The notes under the pieces: generated by a model
Seen by the model: only the letters and a program-made list of their open reading frames with translations
Told to the model about the DNA's origin: nothing
Database searches by the model: none
In this document: positions 43,743 to 53,222 of the stretch, one piece after another
Layout: the number at the start of each line of letters is the position of its first letter
Numbering within the stretch: the stretch's first letter is position 1
DNA from: an archaeon
Lineage (GTDB): Archaea; Nanobdellota; Nanobdellia; Woesearchaeales; JAADFO01
Direction: 5' to 3'
Length of the DNA: 64,000 nucleotides
NCBI GenBank assembly: GCA_043817075.1
Contig: JBDRHG010000004.1
Location: forward strand, 45,767 to 109,766
Program-made: the position numbers and the translations under genes

Positions 43743-44462
43743 CTAGAGCCTGAACCGCAGCCGCAGCACATAGGGTATCATCCTGATCTCCTGGATCGGC
43801 GAGAATGTCGTCTTCTCCCCTTCCCGCCATCTGACAGGAAGGGATCGTATACGAAAGCCCTTGCGTTGCGCTCTGATCAGCAGTTCGGCATCCCAGAACC
43901 AGCCCCGTCGGATGCGTCGGTCGTATCCCATCTCTTTCAACAGCGGGAAAAGCGCCTCTCGCCTGAACGCCTTGAATCCGCATTGATGGTCCCGCAGACG
44001 TGATCCGAAATACAACCGCAAGGCGGCGTTGTACAACACACTGATGGCCTTGCGGTCGGTCGACCGATAGGTCTTGCTGCGAGGATGATAGCGATCTCCG
44101 ATCGCGATATCATACCCCTCCTTCTCCACCGCATCGACAAGATGCTTCAGCGCCGATAGGTCAGTGGCGAGATCGGCGTCGAGGAAGATGACGGTGTCGC
44201 CTTTAGCTTTGAGCAGTGCCCTGCCGAGGTTCTCCCGACGTGACGGTCCGTTCTCGAATCGGATATACTTTATCTCAGGATGTTTCTCTGTCAGCCTTCT
44301 TGCGCGTTCCTCGGTCTTGTCCTTAGATGCGTCATCGACGATGAATAGCTCGAACTTCCCATCTCCGTCCCAGGAAGAGACGATGTCATGGACGGCTTTC
44401 GCATTCCTCTCGATGATGCGTTCCTCGTTGTACAGCGGTATGAATATGGAGCGCATGACCAT
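43743..44462 (-). CDS. family 2 glycosyltransferase
   Basis: SIFIPLYNEERIIERN......FELFIVDDASKDKT and ..FLDADLATD (DxD). Confidence 0.85.
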   Translation of the reverse strand: MVMRSIFIPLYNEERIIERNAKAVHDIVSSWDGDGKFELFIVDDASKDKTEERARRLTEKHPEIKYIRFENGPSRRENLGRALLKAKGDTVIFLDADLATDLSALKHLVDAVEKEGYDIAIGDRYHPRSKTYRSTDRKAISVLYNAALRLYFGSRLRDHQCGFKAFRREALFPLLKEMGYDRRIRRGWFWDAELLIRAQRKGFRIRSLPVRWREGEKTTFSPIQEIRMIPYVLRLRFRL

Positions 44463-44613
44463 TGCATGTGTGGTCTCCGGCCTTCTTTTATGCTTTTCCC
44501 TCATCGCCTGACCGGTCTCTCAATGCATCTTGCCATCCCATCGGCTTTTGCATCGGTTTTAACCACCATCCGGTCACTGAAACGGCGCTCCGCTCCACCT
44601 GGTCTGTGACCAA

Positions 44614-44624
44614 CATTTATATAG
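44614..44624 (+). promoter_or_regulatory. TATA-box-like element (catttatatag) 25 nt upstream of ATG 44649
   Basis: Recurrent box and spacing. Confidence 0.4.
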
Positions 44625-44648
44625 CACTGGCGGGACCCCTAAAATCCA

Positions 44649-45419
44649 ATGGACGAAGATTATGAGAGCAAGTACCATCGTATCGAAGTGGAGTATTGGT
44701 GGTTCCATGCCAAACGTGATTTGTTGCTCAGCCTCATTGAGAGGGAGGGCAGAAAGAAGAGCATCCTCGAGGTTGGGTGCGCAGGCGGCGCACTGTTGAC
44801 GCGTCTGCGCGACGATGGCTACAAGCATATCGCCGGCATCGACATCAGCGCCGCCGCTATCGGAGTATGCAAGCGTAAAAAGCTCAAAGACGTCCATGTC
44901 ATGGATGGGCAGAAGACAAAGTTTTCTGAGAAGACCTTCGACACCGTCGTGGCCTCCGAGATCCTCGAGCACATCGAGGCAGATGCTGAGACGCTCCATG
45001 AATGGCATCGTATCATCAAGCCCGGCGGGCGTCTCATCCTGACCGTGCCTGCCTTCGGCTTTGTCTGGAGTGAGCATGACGACACCAATCACCACAAACG
45101 GAGATACTCCAGGAAAGAATTGCGGAGAAAACTCCGTAAGGCAGGATTCAAGATAGAGCGCCTGTCCTTCTGGAACATGCTGCTCTTCTTTCCGCTCGCC
45201 CCATGGCGTATGCTCACTCGCACGATTAAGAAACAAAACGAGAAGAAGGATGACGATCTCCATGACGTACATCCATTGATGAACAGGTTACTCTACCGGC
45301 TCCTCTTGTTGGAGAACAGCCTTGTCCGCGCATTCGACCTGCCCGTCGGCCTGAGTCTGGTCGCGGTGGCGCGGCGAAAACCTATAAAAAGGGCCACCGG
45401 CCACCCCTCCTCACACTGA
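44649..45419 (+). CDS. class I SAM-dependent methyltransferase
   Basis: ILEVGCAGGALLTRL (motif I), GIDIS, DTVVASEILEH and IIKPGGRLILTVPAF. Confidence 0.8.
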   Translation: MDEDYESKYHRIEVEYWWFHAKRDLLLSLIEREGRKKSILEVGCAGGALLTRLRDDGYKHIAGIDISAAAIGVCKRKKLKDVHVMDGQKTKFSEKTFDTVVASEILEHIEADAETLHEWHRIIKPGGRLILTVPAFGFVWSEHDDTNHHKRRYSRKELRRKLRKAGFKIERLSFWNMLLFFPLAPWRMLTRTIKKQNEKKDDDLHDVHPLMNRLLYRLLLLENSLVRAFDLPVGLSLVAVARRKPIKRATGHPSSH

Positions 45420-45453
45420 CTCTTACACGATAAATCTGCACGTCTTGATATCC

Positions 45454-46212
45454 ATGGCTAAAAAGAAATCCAGCACAAAGGAATCCGCCACACGCGCATC
45501 TGCACGCAAGAAGACCGGCACCCCTGCATTCTCATTCGTCATCCCTGCGCACAACGAGGGCGGCAACATAGCGAAGCTCGTGAAGGAGATCACTTCGGTC
45601 ATGAAGAATCTCAGGCAGACCTTCGAGATCGTCGTGATAAACGACAACAGCTCCGATGACAGTGAGGCTGTCATCGACCGTCTCGCAAAATCCGTCCCGA
45701 CCCTTCGGCAGATTGTCCGGCGCAACAAGCCAGGGGTGGGCTACGCCATCAAGACCGGACTTGCCGCGGCCAAGGGAGACCTCATCGTCACCCTTGACGG
45801 CGACCGTTCCCATGATCCGCATGAGCTCCCTCGCTTCCTGGCCAAGATGCCGAAGTATGACTTCGTCTGCGGATCACGCAGGGTTGATGGCGGCAAGGCG
45901 AGCATGACACTCTCCCGCATCCTGATCAGCGGCACATTCAACATCATCTTCCGCATCATGCTCGGCCTGCCGGTCAAGGACTTCACATCCGGCTATCGCT
46001 GTTATACCAAGGAGGTGCGCGACGCCATCATGCCTCTGGAGAGCACGGGTTTCGGCATCTACATCGAGATTCCCATCAAGGCCCACAAGAGGGGATTTTC
46101 CCTCACTGAGGTGCCTATCATCTACCATAAGCGTGAGGCAGGCAAGACCAACCTCAACTATTTCAAGCAAGGGCCCGAATACATCAAGGTCGCCCTCAAG
46201 AACATGTGGTGA
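45454..46212 (+). CDS. family 2 glycosyltransferase (Dpm1-like)
   Basis: FSFVIPAHNEGGNI......FEIVVINDNSSDDS and ..TLDGDRSHDP. ATG 45454 is preferred over the TTG at 45445. Confidence 0.85.
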   Translation: MAKKKSSTKESATRASARKKTGTPAFSFVIPAHNEGGNIAKLVKEITSVMKNLRQTFEIVVINDNSSDDSEAVIDRLAKSVPTLRQIVRRNKPGVGYAIKTGLAAAKGDLIVTLDGDRSHDPHELPRFLAKMPKYDFVCGSRRVDGGKASMTLSRILISGTFNIIFRIMLGLPVKDFTSGYRCYTKEVRDAIMPLESTGFGIYIEIPIKAHKRGFSLTEVPIIYHKREAGKTNLNYFKQGPEYIKVALKNMW

Positions 46213-46216
46213 ACTC

Positions 46217-46957
46217 ATGGGCAAACATGCGAAACGCGATCCTGACCATCTCATCAGCATCTACAAGAGCTTTCCTGAGGATGTCGACACCAAGGCGGTG
46301 CACAGCAAGAAGCGGGTGCAGCGCGAATGGCATCGTGAGAAGATATCTGCGTACAAGACCTATCTCCCTCTCGATGGAAAGGAAGTGCTCGATGTGGGCT
46401 GCGGCAGTGGAGGCGTCAGCTTCGAGATCATCAGGACTGCCGGTTTCAAACGGTATGTCGGCGTCGATTTCAACGACGACGCGATCAAGTCCGCCAACGC
46501 ACGCAACAAGCGAAAAGATGTCAAGTTCATCGCGTCGCATGCCGAGAAGCTTCCGTTCAAAGATGGAGAATTCGATTCCCTGCTCCTCTCCGATGTCCTC
46601 GATCACTGCTATGATTACAAGAGCTGCCTCAAAGAGGCCCGCAGGGTGCTCCGGAACGGCGGCCAAGCCCTCGTGACGGTCGAGAATAAGCATTCACTTT
46701 GGCCCATCGTAGAGGCCGTATGGGACCGTTTCGGGGACAGCCGCAACTATGGTGATACCCATCTGGAGCATTTCTCCCCCGGCTCCCTGCGAAAGGCATT
46801 GGAGGAGCAAGATTTCCGTGTGCGCAAGATATTCACCGTGCACAATACCAAGCCCTTCTTCCACATCGTCTCAGGATGGTATCCGAAGCATCTCGACCGA
46901 TGGACAGGACGGCGTTGCCTGGGCATGACCTTGTGCGCAGTCGTCGAGAAGAAATAG
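46217..46957 (+). CDS. class I SAM-dependent methyltransferase
   Basis: VLDVGCGSGGVSFEI (motif I), GVDFN, FDSLLLSDVLDH and LRNGGQALVTVEN. ATG 46217 is preferred; the track start overlaps the upstream GT2. Confidence 0.8.
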   Translation: MGKHAKRDPDHLISIYKSFPEDVDTKAVHSKKRVQREWHREKISAYKTYLPLDGKEVLDVGCGSGGVSFEIIRTAGFKRYVGVDFNDDAIKSANARNKRKDVKFIASHAEKLPFKDGEFDSLLLSDVLDHCYDYKSCLKEARRVLRNGGQALVTVENKHSLWPIVEAVWDRFGDSRNYGDTHLEHFSPGSLRKALEEQDFRVRKIFTVHNTKPFFHIVSGWYPKHLDRWTGRRCLGMTLCAVVEKK

Positions 46958-47013
46958 CGAGTGATCCCCGGGACTCGCCTCAGTCTTCTTTCCAAGAATT
47001 CCAATCGATCCGA

Positions 47014-47376
47014 TCAATCCTTCTTGCCGGACTTCCCAGAAGTTTTCTTGCTCTTCAGGACCGCGAGAACGATACCGGCACCGATGAGGACGACGAACAC
47101 GACACCTATCGAGACCCTGAATGAAGGGATGATCATGTTGAGGTAATAGGTCAGCAGCGAGAAACAACCCAGGCCGATGAAAAGTGCGAATACCGCGGCC
47201 TCGTCCTTGTCGATCGGCAGATGCCTGAACAGCAGCCAGAACGGCAGGAAAAAAAGGAGTATAACGGCAAGCACCACCTTGACGCCCACCATCCCGAAGA
47301 GGAAACCCCCGAAGATGACCGCGACGACGAGAGCGATGCCTGGCGCGAGCAATCCTTTCTCTGTCCAGGTCGTCAT
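47014..47376 (-). CDS. small 4-TM membrane protein
   Basis: Hydrophobic helices and a basic tail (KSKKTSGKSGKKD). Lies immediately downstream of the large membrane protein. ATG 47376 avoids an overlap. Confidence 0.45.
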   Translation of the reverse strand: MTTWTEKGLLAPGIALVVAVIFGGFLFGMVGVKVVLAVILLFFLPFWLLFRHLPIDKDEAAVFALFIGLGCFSLLTYYLNMIIPSFRVSIGVVFVVLIGAGIVLAVLKSKKTSGKSGKKD

Positions 47377-47380
47377 GCGA

Positions 47381-49060
47381 TCATCCAACAGCATACACCT
47401 TGATGTAGTTCTGATCATAGACCAATGTGGTATGGTCCCCGGTCAATGCGGCCTCTGCCTGTTGGAGTTGGGCGATGTATGGCTTGCCCTGTTCACCGAC
47501 CATGACCCAATCCGAATAGTCGAAGAGCAGATGGGTGGTATGGTCAGTTATGGGATATTTCGCCACCATCTCTTCCGCGGCCTCGTAGGAGAGGTATCGT
47601 CCAGGCATGAATGCGCGTTCTGAGAGGACATGGGTGAACCGCTCCTTGGGATAGGTGAGCTGTCCCATCGAGTAGACGATGGCATGTTCAGGGAGGTTTG
47701 CCGCCATCCAGTCCGCGAGCTCGAGCTGGGCCTGGCTGATACGCGTATGGACAGGGTAGGGATCCTCAAGGTATTTGATCACCGGCGGCTTGTTCAAGGT
47801 GAAGATGAGCAGCGCCAGCACGACCATCGCGCCGATGCGTATCCATCCTTTGATGTCTTTCTTGACAGGGATGAACGACGGCAGCATGAAGAATGCTATG
47901 GCGACGAGCGGGTAGAATATGTGTGACGAGCCCTTGAGGATCCGGTCGGCATGGACATGGAACCCCAGGACGTCGGCATGGAGCATGAGATAGAGTCCGA
48001 TAAGCCATGCGAGCAGCGCGATGTCCCGTGGCTGCCGTCGTACGATGAGCAGCAGTGTTGCGGCGAGGATGAACGGTATGGTCCACATGCCGCCATGCAC
48101 TTTGGAGAAGTCGTACATGATCGGGTTGTCTTGTGGAGATGGATGGGTGTACCAGGTGAACAATGTCCCGAGATGCTGGATCTTGAACGATCCGAGGGCC
48201 GATTGTCCCTGACCGGCGTAGTCGGAGTAGAAGGGAAGGAAGAGCGCGGCGAAGATGACCACACCGATGATGGCGGTGGAGATCCTGAACGGCAGCTTGC
48301 GTTTGAGGATGAGCAGCAATGCGGTGTATGAGCCGAGCACGCTGATGCCGAGCAGTCCGGTTGCGGGATGGAAGAAGGGTGCGATGCCCAGGAATGCGGC
48401 GGCCAGGAACATGTAGGTCTTCTTCTCTTTTCCGTTGAGTACCGATTGAGTGTAACGGTAGTAGCAGTAGACGATGAGGGGGATGTAGGCAAGCGCCAGC
48501 AGCACGGTCCGTTGACCCCATATGTAACCGATGGTATTTCGCAGCGGGAAGAGGAGGAAGAAGCCTGCCAGCGTCGCCGGATAGAAGCCGTAGAGCTTAC
48601 GGATGACGAAGAAGACGGCGAGCACGATGGTGAAATTGGCGATGATGGCGTAGAAGATCTGTATGGGCACGATCTTTTGGCCGCCTATGACCTGCATGAT
48701 GGCGGCATTGACCATGAACGGGGCGGCATTGATGGGCGCGAAGAAATCGTCAGGGTTCTCCCATGAATACCATGACGCGATATAGAACGGCAGTTCCCTG
48801 CTGGCAGAATCGTAGACAGCCATGTAGTTGGCCCTGCCGATCTGGTGCGCCGCGTCCCCTTCGCCGAAAGGGAGATCGCTTGTGCGCGCGGGGTTCGAGT
48901 AGATATAGAACGATGCCATGAACAGCAGCGTCAGCACGATGAGGTCACGACCGCCAAGATTGCGGACACCGCTTCCGCTTTCTTTCTTCTCTTTGGCTGT
49001 TTCCTTCTTGCTCTTGTTCTCCGAGCCTTCTCCCTTTCCCTTCGCGGTATGAGTGCTCAT
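47381..49060 (-). CDS. large polytopic membrane protein (GT-C-like or polymerase candidate)
   Basis: About 560 aa after a Lys/Glu-rich cytoplasmic N-terminus, with at least 12 TM helices and a C-terminal soluble domain of about 130 aa. No named motif recognised. Confidence 0.55.
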   Translation of the reverse strand: MSTHTAKGKGEGSENKSKKETAKEKKESGSGVRNLGGRDLIVLTLLFMASFYIYSNPARTSDLPFGEGDAAHQIGRANYMAVYDSASRELPFYIASWYSWENPDDFFAPINAAPFMVNAAIMQVIGGQKIVPIQIFYAIIANFTIVLAVFFVIRKLYGFYPATLAGFFLLFPLRNTIGYIWGQRTVLLALAYIPLIVYCYYRYTQSVLNGKEKKTYMFLAAAFLGIAPFFHPATGLLGISVLGSYTALLLILKRKLPFRISTAIIGVVIFAALFLPFYSDYAGQGQSALGSFKIQHLGTLFTWYTHPSPQDNPIMYDFSKVHGGMWTIPFILAATLLLIVRRQPRDIALLAWLIGLYLMLHADVLGFHVHADRILKGSSHIFYPLVAIAFFMLPSFIPVKKDIKGWIRIGAMVVLALLIFTLNKPPVIKYLEDPYPVHTRISQAQLELADWMAANLPEHAIVYSMGQLTYPKERFTHVLSERAFMPGRYLSYEAAEEMVAKYPITDHTTHLLFDYSDWVMVGEQGKPYIAQLQQAEAALTGDHTTLVYDQNYIKVYAVG

Positions 49061-49082
49061 GCGGCCTCTTTGATCCCAAATC

Positions 49083-49670
49083 TCATGCTTCCTTCTCTTT
49101 GAGACTGGACAAGAATTCTGTGAGTAGATGGTCGAAGACCAGATGCAGGTCCTCGACGCGTCCATAGTGTTTTTGGTTCACATGCAGGCAGATGTCGGAC
49201 TTCTCCAGCAGCTTGCCTCCGGTGAACCCTGAGAAGCCGATGACGATGGCTTTCGCCTCTTGGGCCACATCGACCGCTTTGATCACATTGGGTGAATTGC
49301 CGCTGGCAGAGATAGCGATGACGAGATCGTCCTTCTGCACCAGATTCCTCAACTGTTGTGAGAATATATCCTCATACGAGAGGTCGTTGGCATATGCCGT
49401 CATCAGCGGGATGTTGTCGGTGAGCGCGATGACACGGTACCGCTTCTCCTTGGTGTCGTAGCGGTTCATCAATGTGCCCTTGCCCAGGTCACAGGCCATG
49501 TGGCTCGCGGTCGACGCGCTGCCTCCGTTGCCGAGGATGAATATCTGCCGCTCTCCCTGGTACGCAGTCGTGATGGCGTCCGCCACCTTCGCCAGCTCAT
49601 CGAGGTCGATTCCATCGATGGCAGCCTTGAGATTGTCGAGATAGTTCTGAGCGAAAGATTTGATCTCCAT
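49083..49670 (-). CDS. gmhA: SIS-domain phosphoheptose isomerase-like protein (second copy)
   Basis: IFILGNGGSASTASHMACDLGKG....RVIALTDN....TAYAND.SYE.IF..QL......DDLVIAISASGNSPNV. ATG 49670 is preferred. Confidence 0.78.
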   Translation of the reverse strand: MEIKSFAQNYLDNLKAAIDGIDLDELAKVADAITTAYQGERQIFILGNGGSASTASHMACDLGKGTLMNRYDTKEKRYRVIALTDNIPLMTAYANDLSYEDIFSQQLRNLVQKDDLVIAISASGNSPNVIKAVDVAQEAKAIVIGFSGFTGGKLLEKSDICLHVNQKHYGRVEDLHLVFDHLLTEFLSSLKEKEA

Positions 49671-49710
49671 GATAATCCCCTCCTGCTGGAGCCCCTGACA
49701 CGAGAAAGGC

Positions 49711-50685
49711 TCAGTCACCCACATAAATAATTTTGCTTCCCTGCGGCTCGAACTGGAATTCGAACTCTCGCAGGTCAGAGAGCGCATCACGGACGCGTTC
49801 TTTTGCCTTGCCTGGAGCGTAGAACATCAGGAATCCACCCCCTCCAGCTCCGAGGATCTTGCCGCCGGTGGCACCGGCCTTGCGGGCCTTCTCATAGAGC
49901 GTGTCAATCTCGTCGTTGGATATGCCGCCGGTCAGCCCCTTCTTGAGCAGCCAATTCTCATGCAGCAGCTCCCCGAGCTGGTCGATCCTGTTGCTGTTGA
50001 GGGCATCCCTGGTCTGGATGGCCAGGTCTCGCATCTTCTTGAGCACCGGAAGCTTGTTCTTGGTCTCCTTCATCTGTTTTGAAAGGATCCCGCCGGCCTT
50101 GCGGGTGATGCCGGTATAGAACATCACCAGGTTGTCTTGGAGCTTGGCCTTCGTGTCCGGATCGCAGATGATGGGGTCTACGAAGACCGTCCCATCCGTA
50201 TTGAATTCGACATATTGCAGTCCGCCGAATGCCGCGATATATTGATCCTGCTTGCCGATGGGCTCGCCCACCACGTCGATCTCGATATGGCAGGCTTCTT
50301 CAGCCAGCACAGCCGCTGATTTGAAGTTACCGGAGAACGCATGGAGTGCATGCAGGAGTCCCACGGTGAACGATGATGATGATCCCAATCCTGTCCCCAT
50401 CGCAGGGATGTCTGCCACAGATGTGATCTCGACGCCTTTGGTGACGTCGGTCAGCTTCATCGCCTCGCGGATGAGCTCATGCTCGATATCATGGACCGAC
50501 TCGACATTCTCTGTCTTGGAATAGCTGATCCGGATATGATGGTCGAATTTCTTGTTCACCGTGATGTACATGTACTTGTTTATCGCGGTGGATACGACTG
50601 CGCCAGGTTCGTGCTGGTAGAATGCCTGGAGGTCCGTGCCCCCGCCGCAGAAACTGATGCGGAAAGGGGTTCTGGAGATGATCAT
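49711..50685 (-). CDS. hddA: GHMP-family sugar kinase, D-glycero-alpha-D-manno-heptose-7-phosphate kinase-like
   Basis: MIISRTPFRISFCGGGTDL..FY...GAVVSTAINKYMYITV and the GHMP motif PAMGTGLGSSSSF. Context lies between a SIS isomerase and a nucleotidyltransferase. Confidence 0.78.
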   Translation of the reverse strand: MIISRTPFRISFCGGGTDLQAFYQHEPGAVVSTAINKYMYITVNKKFDHHIRISYSKTENVESVHDIEHELIREAMKLTDVTKGVEITSVADIPAMGTGLGSSSSFTVGLLHALHAFSGNFKSAAVLAEEACHIEIDVVGEPIGKQDQYIAAFGGLQYVEFNTDGTVFVDPIICDPDTKAKLQDNLVMFYTGITRKAGGILSKQMKETKNKLPVLKKMRDLAIQTRDALNSNRIDQLGELLHENWLLKKGLTGGISNDEIDTLYEKARKAGATGGKILGAGGGGFLMFYAPGKAKERVRDALSDLREFEFQFEPQGSKIIYVGD

Positions 50686-51425
50686 GCTCGATTCTTGCGA
50701 GAGGAAGTGGAGTTTTTAAAGGTATCGAGGCGGGAGAACGTGCCTATGTCGTAGAAACGCTCCTTGGTGATGAAGGCCCTCATCTGTCCTGCCGCGATCA
50801 ATGTGGGGAAGATCTCGTTCTCGAGCGACAGCCGCTCCCGCACGGTCTCATCCTCCTGTCCAGGGACTGATTCCAGCACCTTCTTCTCGAAGGCGAGCAC
50901 GCCTGCCTCGACGAAGCCCAGTCCGGGGATGGCGCCGCTCTTGTCATACACCTTGACCAGGCTGTCCTCATCGACAAGGACATTGTTGACCACTTGGGTG
51001 TCCTTCTCATTGCCGTAGACGACCATGGTCCCTGTTGTGCCGCCCTTGACATGCGCGGCCCACAGCCCTTCATAATCCATGTCAAGATACGAGTCTCCAT
51101 ACGCGAGGATGAAGCGGTCGTCGAGCAGACTGGACGCGAGCAGGAGTGCGCCGCCGGTCCCCAACGGTTCGTCCTCCACAGAATACCTGATCTTTAACCC
51201 TTCCATATCCAGCCCGCTGCCGTCCCCGAAGAATTCCTCCACCATGGAGGAACGGTAGCCGGTGCACAGCACCACATCCCTGATGCCATGACGGTGCATC
51301 ATGCGCAGCTGATGGAGAAGGAAGGGTTTTCCATCGACTTCCACCATGGGTTTTGGGATCTGTTCGGTCAATGGACGGAGACGTGTGCCCAGGCCCCCGG
51401 CGAGGATCACGGCCTGCATGCTCAT
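50682..51425 (-). CDS. hddC: sugar-1-phosphate nucleotidyltransferase, heptose-1-phosphate guanylyltransferase-like
   Basis: MQAVILAGGLGTRLRPLTEQIPKPMVEVDGKPFL (intact GxGTRL...PKP signature). ATGA overlaps on both sides. Confidence 0.8.
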   Translation of the reverse strand: MSMQAVILAGGLGTRLRPLTEQIPKPMVEVDGKPFLLHQLRMMHRHGIRDVVLCTGYRSSMVEEFFGDGSGLDMEGLKIRYSVEDEPLGTGGALLLASSLLDDRFILAYGDSYLDMDYEGLWAAHVKGGTTGTMVVYGNEKDTQVVNNVLVDEDSLVKVYDKSGAIPGLGFVEAGVLAFEKKVLESVPGQEDETVRERLSLENEIFPTLIAAGQMRAFITKERFYDIGTFSRLDTFKNSTSSRKNRA

Positions 51426-52375
51426 CCCCTTCCGGCCGATTCCGCGGCGAGATCGGCAGCAGCTTTCTCGACGGCCTGCTCAGAATTCCGCACCGGAGTC
51501 CAGCCGAGCGTCGCCATCTTCTCGTTGGTCATGCGGACTTTCGGGACATCGCCTCTCCATCCGCGGTCCGCTCCGGTGTACCTGATCTCCACATCCTTGA
51601 GACCCAACGCCGTTACGATGGCATTTGCCATGTCGGTGACGCAGACGGCATCGGTGTTGGCGAGATTGAAGACATTGACCTCGTCGCTGGCATTGTCGAA
51701 ACCGAACAGCATACCGTCGGCGCAGTCATTGACCTCGAGATATGGTTTGCTCTGTTTGCCGTCGCCCAGGACCTCGAGCGAGCGCGGGTCCTTCTTCAGC
51801 TTCTTGATGAAATCGACGAGCGCCCCATGCGTCCCGCGGGAACCGACGATATTGGCGAAGCGGTATATCCAGCATCGCAGGCCGAAATTATGGCAGAATG
51901 CGGTGATGAGGCCTTCGGCAGCGAGCTTCGACGCGCCGTAGAACGAAATCGGCAGGCAAGGTCCATGATCTTCGGAGAAGACCGCTCCTTCCTGCTCGCC
52001 GAAGATGACTGAGCTCGATGTGAACACAATCCTCTTGATGCCGGCGAGACGCATCTCCTCCAGAACATTGTAGGTGGCGAGAATCCCTTGGTTGAGGTCG
52101 ATATCTGTCTTGTCGTTCTGCGAGATGTCGGAGTTCGCCGCGAGATGGAACACGACATCATGGTCCGCCATGGCCTTGCCGAGAGCCTTCCTGTCCAGTA
52201 CGTCGCCCTCCACGAATGTGAGGCGTCCTTCTTCTTGGGCGTCATGGTGGTGCGCAAGGTTGTCGAGCGTCCCGAGCGAGAGATTGTCATAGACAGTGAC
52301 TGAACCTCGCGTGAGCAGACGGTCAACGATATGCGATCCGACGAAGCCAGCGCCTCCGGTGACAAAGAACTTCAT
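51422..52375 (-). CDS. NAD-dependent epimerase/dehydratase (extended SDR)
   Basis: MKFFVTGGAGFVGSHIVDRLL and YGASKLAAE (YxxxK). First gene of the hdd-like operon. Confidence 0.85.
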   Translation of the reverse strand: MKFFVTGGAGFVGSHIVDRLLTRGSVTVYDNLSLGTLDNLAHHHDAQEEGRLTFVEGDVLDRKALGKAMADHDVVFHLAANSDISQNDKTDIDLNQGILATYNVLEEMRLAGIKRIVFTSSSVIFGEQEGAVFSEDHGPCLPISFYGASKLAAEGLITAFCHNFGLRCWIYRFANIVGSRGTHGALVDFIKKLKKDPRSLEVLGDGKQSKPYLEVNDCADGMLFGFDNASDEVNVFNLANTDAVCVTDMANAIVTALGLKDVEIRYTGADRGWRGDVPKVRMTNEKMATLGWTPVRNSEQAVEKAAADLAAESAGRG

Positions 52376-52450
52376 TCCGAATCTTGCGCAGGGAGGGGCT
52401 TATAAAAAGATTTCGAAACGTTTATATCGGAACGCCGACCCGGGATTGAG

Positions 52451-53182
52451 ATGCTAGAAGGTCTGTCGCTGTGCATTCTTGCATATAACGAAGAACGCAC
52501 CATCAAGAGGCTTATACTCCATTGCCTGGAGAAAGGCCGCGCCGTCGCCCGCAGATGCGAGGTCATCGTCGTGCTCTACGAGGGTTCGTCAGACAAGACG
52601 AGACAGATTGTCGAATCCCTTGTCAAGACGCATAAGGCGAAGAAAGAGATACGTCTTGTGGTCCAACCTCATGGCGACAGGGGATATGGGGAGGCATTGC
52701 GTCTCGCGGTCACGAATGCCCGCATGCCATACATATTCTACACCGATGGAGACGCACAATTTGATGTGGACGACATCGATCGTCTCCTCCCTCATGTGGA
52801 ACGCAATGAACTCGTCACCGGCTACCGCTTGCGGCGTCGCGACCAACCGATGCGCATCCTCGCCGCATGGGTGTACAATCTCCTCCTCAAGATCGTCTTC
52901 GGAACCAAAGTCAAGGACATCGACTGCGCGTTCAAGATCTATCAGAAGAAAATGTTCTCCAAAATCACCATCACCTGCAAGACCGGCATGGCCGATGCCG
53001 AGGTATTCATCAAGGCCATGCATGCGGGTTTCAGGATCAAAGAGGTGGGCGTCCGTCATTTCGCCCGCAAGGAAGGCACGGCCGTGTTCCAGAACAAGCT
53101 GGGACTCATCAAGCCCAAGGTCGTGCTCGACCTGCTCCGTGATATGCGAAGCATCCATCACCAGGTACATGACAAAGGATGA
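52451..53182 (+). CDS. family 2 glycosyltransferase
   Basis: LSLCILAYNEERTI......CEVIVVLYEGSSDKT and ..YTDGDAQFD (DxD). Confidence 0.85.
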   Translation: MLEGLSLCILAYNEERTIKRLILHCLEKGRAVARRCEVIVVLYEGSSDKTRQIVESLVKTHKAKKEIRLVVQPHGDRGYGEALRLAVTNARMPYIFYTDGDAQFDVDDIDRLLPHVERNELVTGYRLRRRDQPMRILAAWVYNLLLKIVFGTKVKDIDCAFKIYQKKMFSKITITCKTGMADAEVFIKAMHAGFRIKEVGVRHFARKEGTAVFQNKLGLIKPKVVLDLLRDMRSIHHQVHDKG

Positions 53183-53222
53183 GGACGGATACAATCGCGT
53201 CTGTCCAACAAACGGTGGCATC

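Noticed and set aside
47766-48521. 251-aa and 198-aa ORFs (47766-48521, 47896-48492) on the same strand as the large membrane protein but in other frames
   Set aside because: They are His/Arg/Pro-rich off-frame translations. The annotated frame gives regular TM-helix periodicity across its whole length.
52479-53222. 5' part of the 676-aa ORF overlapping the GT2 gene in another frame
   Set aside because: The translation is Ser/Arg/Pro/Cys-rich and not protein-like. The GT2 frame shows NEE...DxD motifs, and the GT4 has a classic MKVLFVSEYYPP start at 53223.
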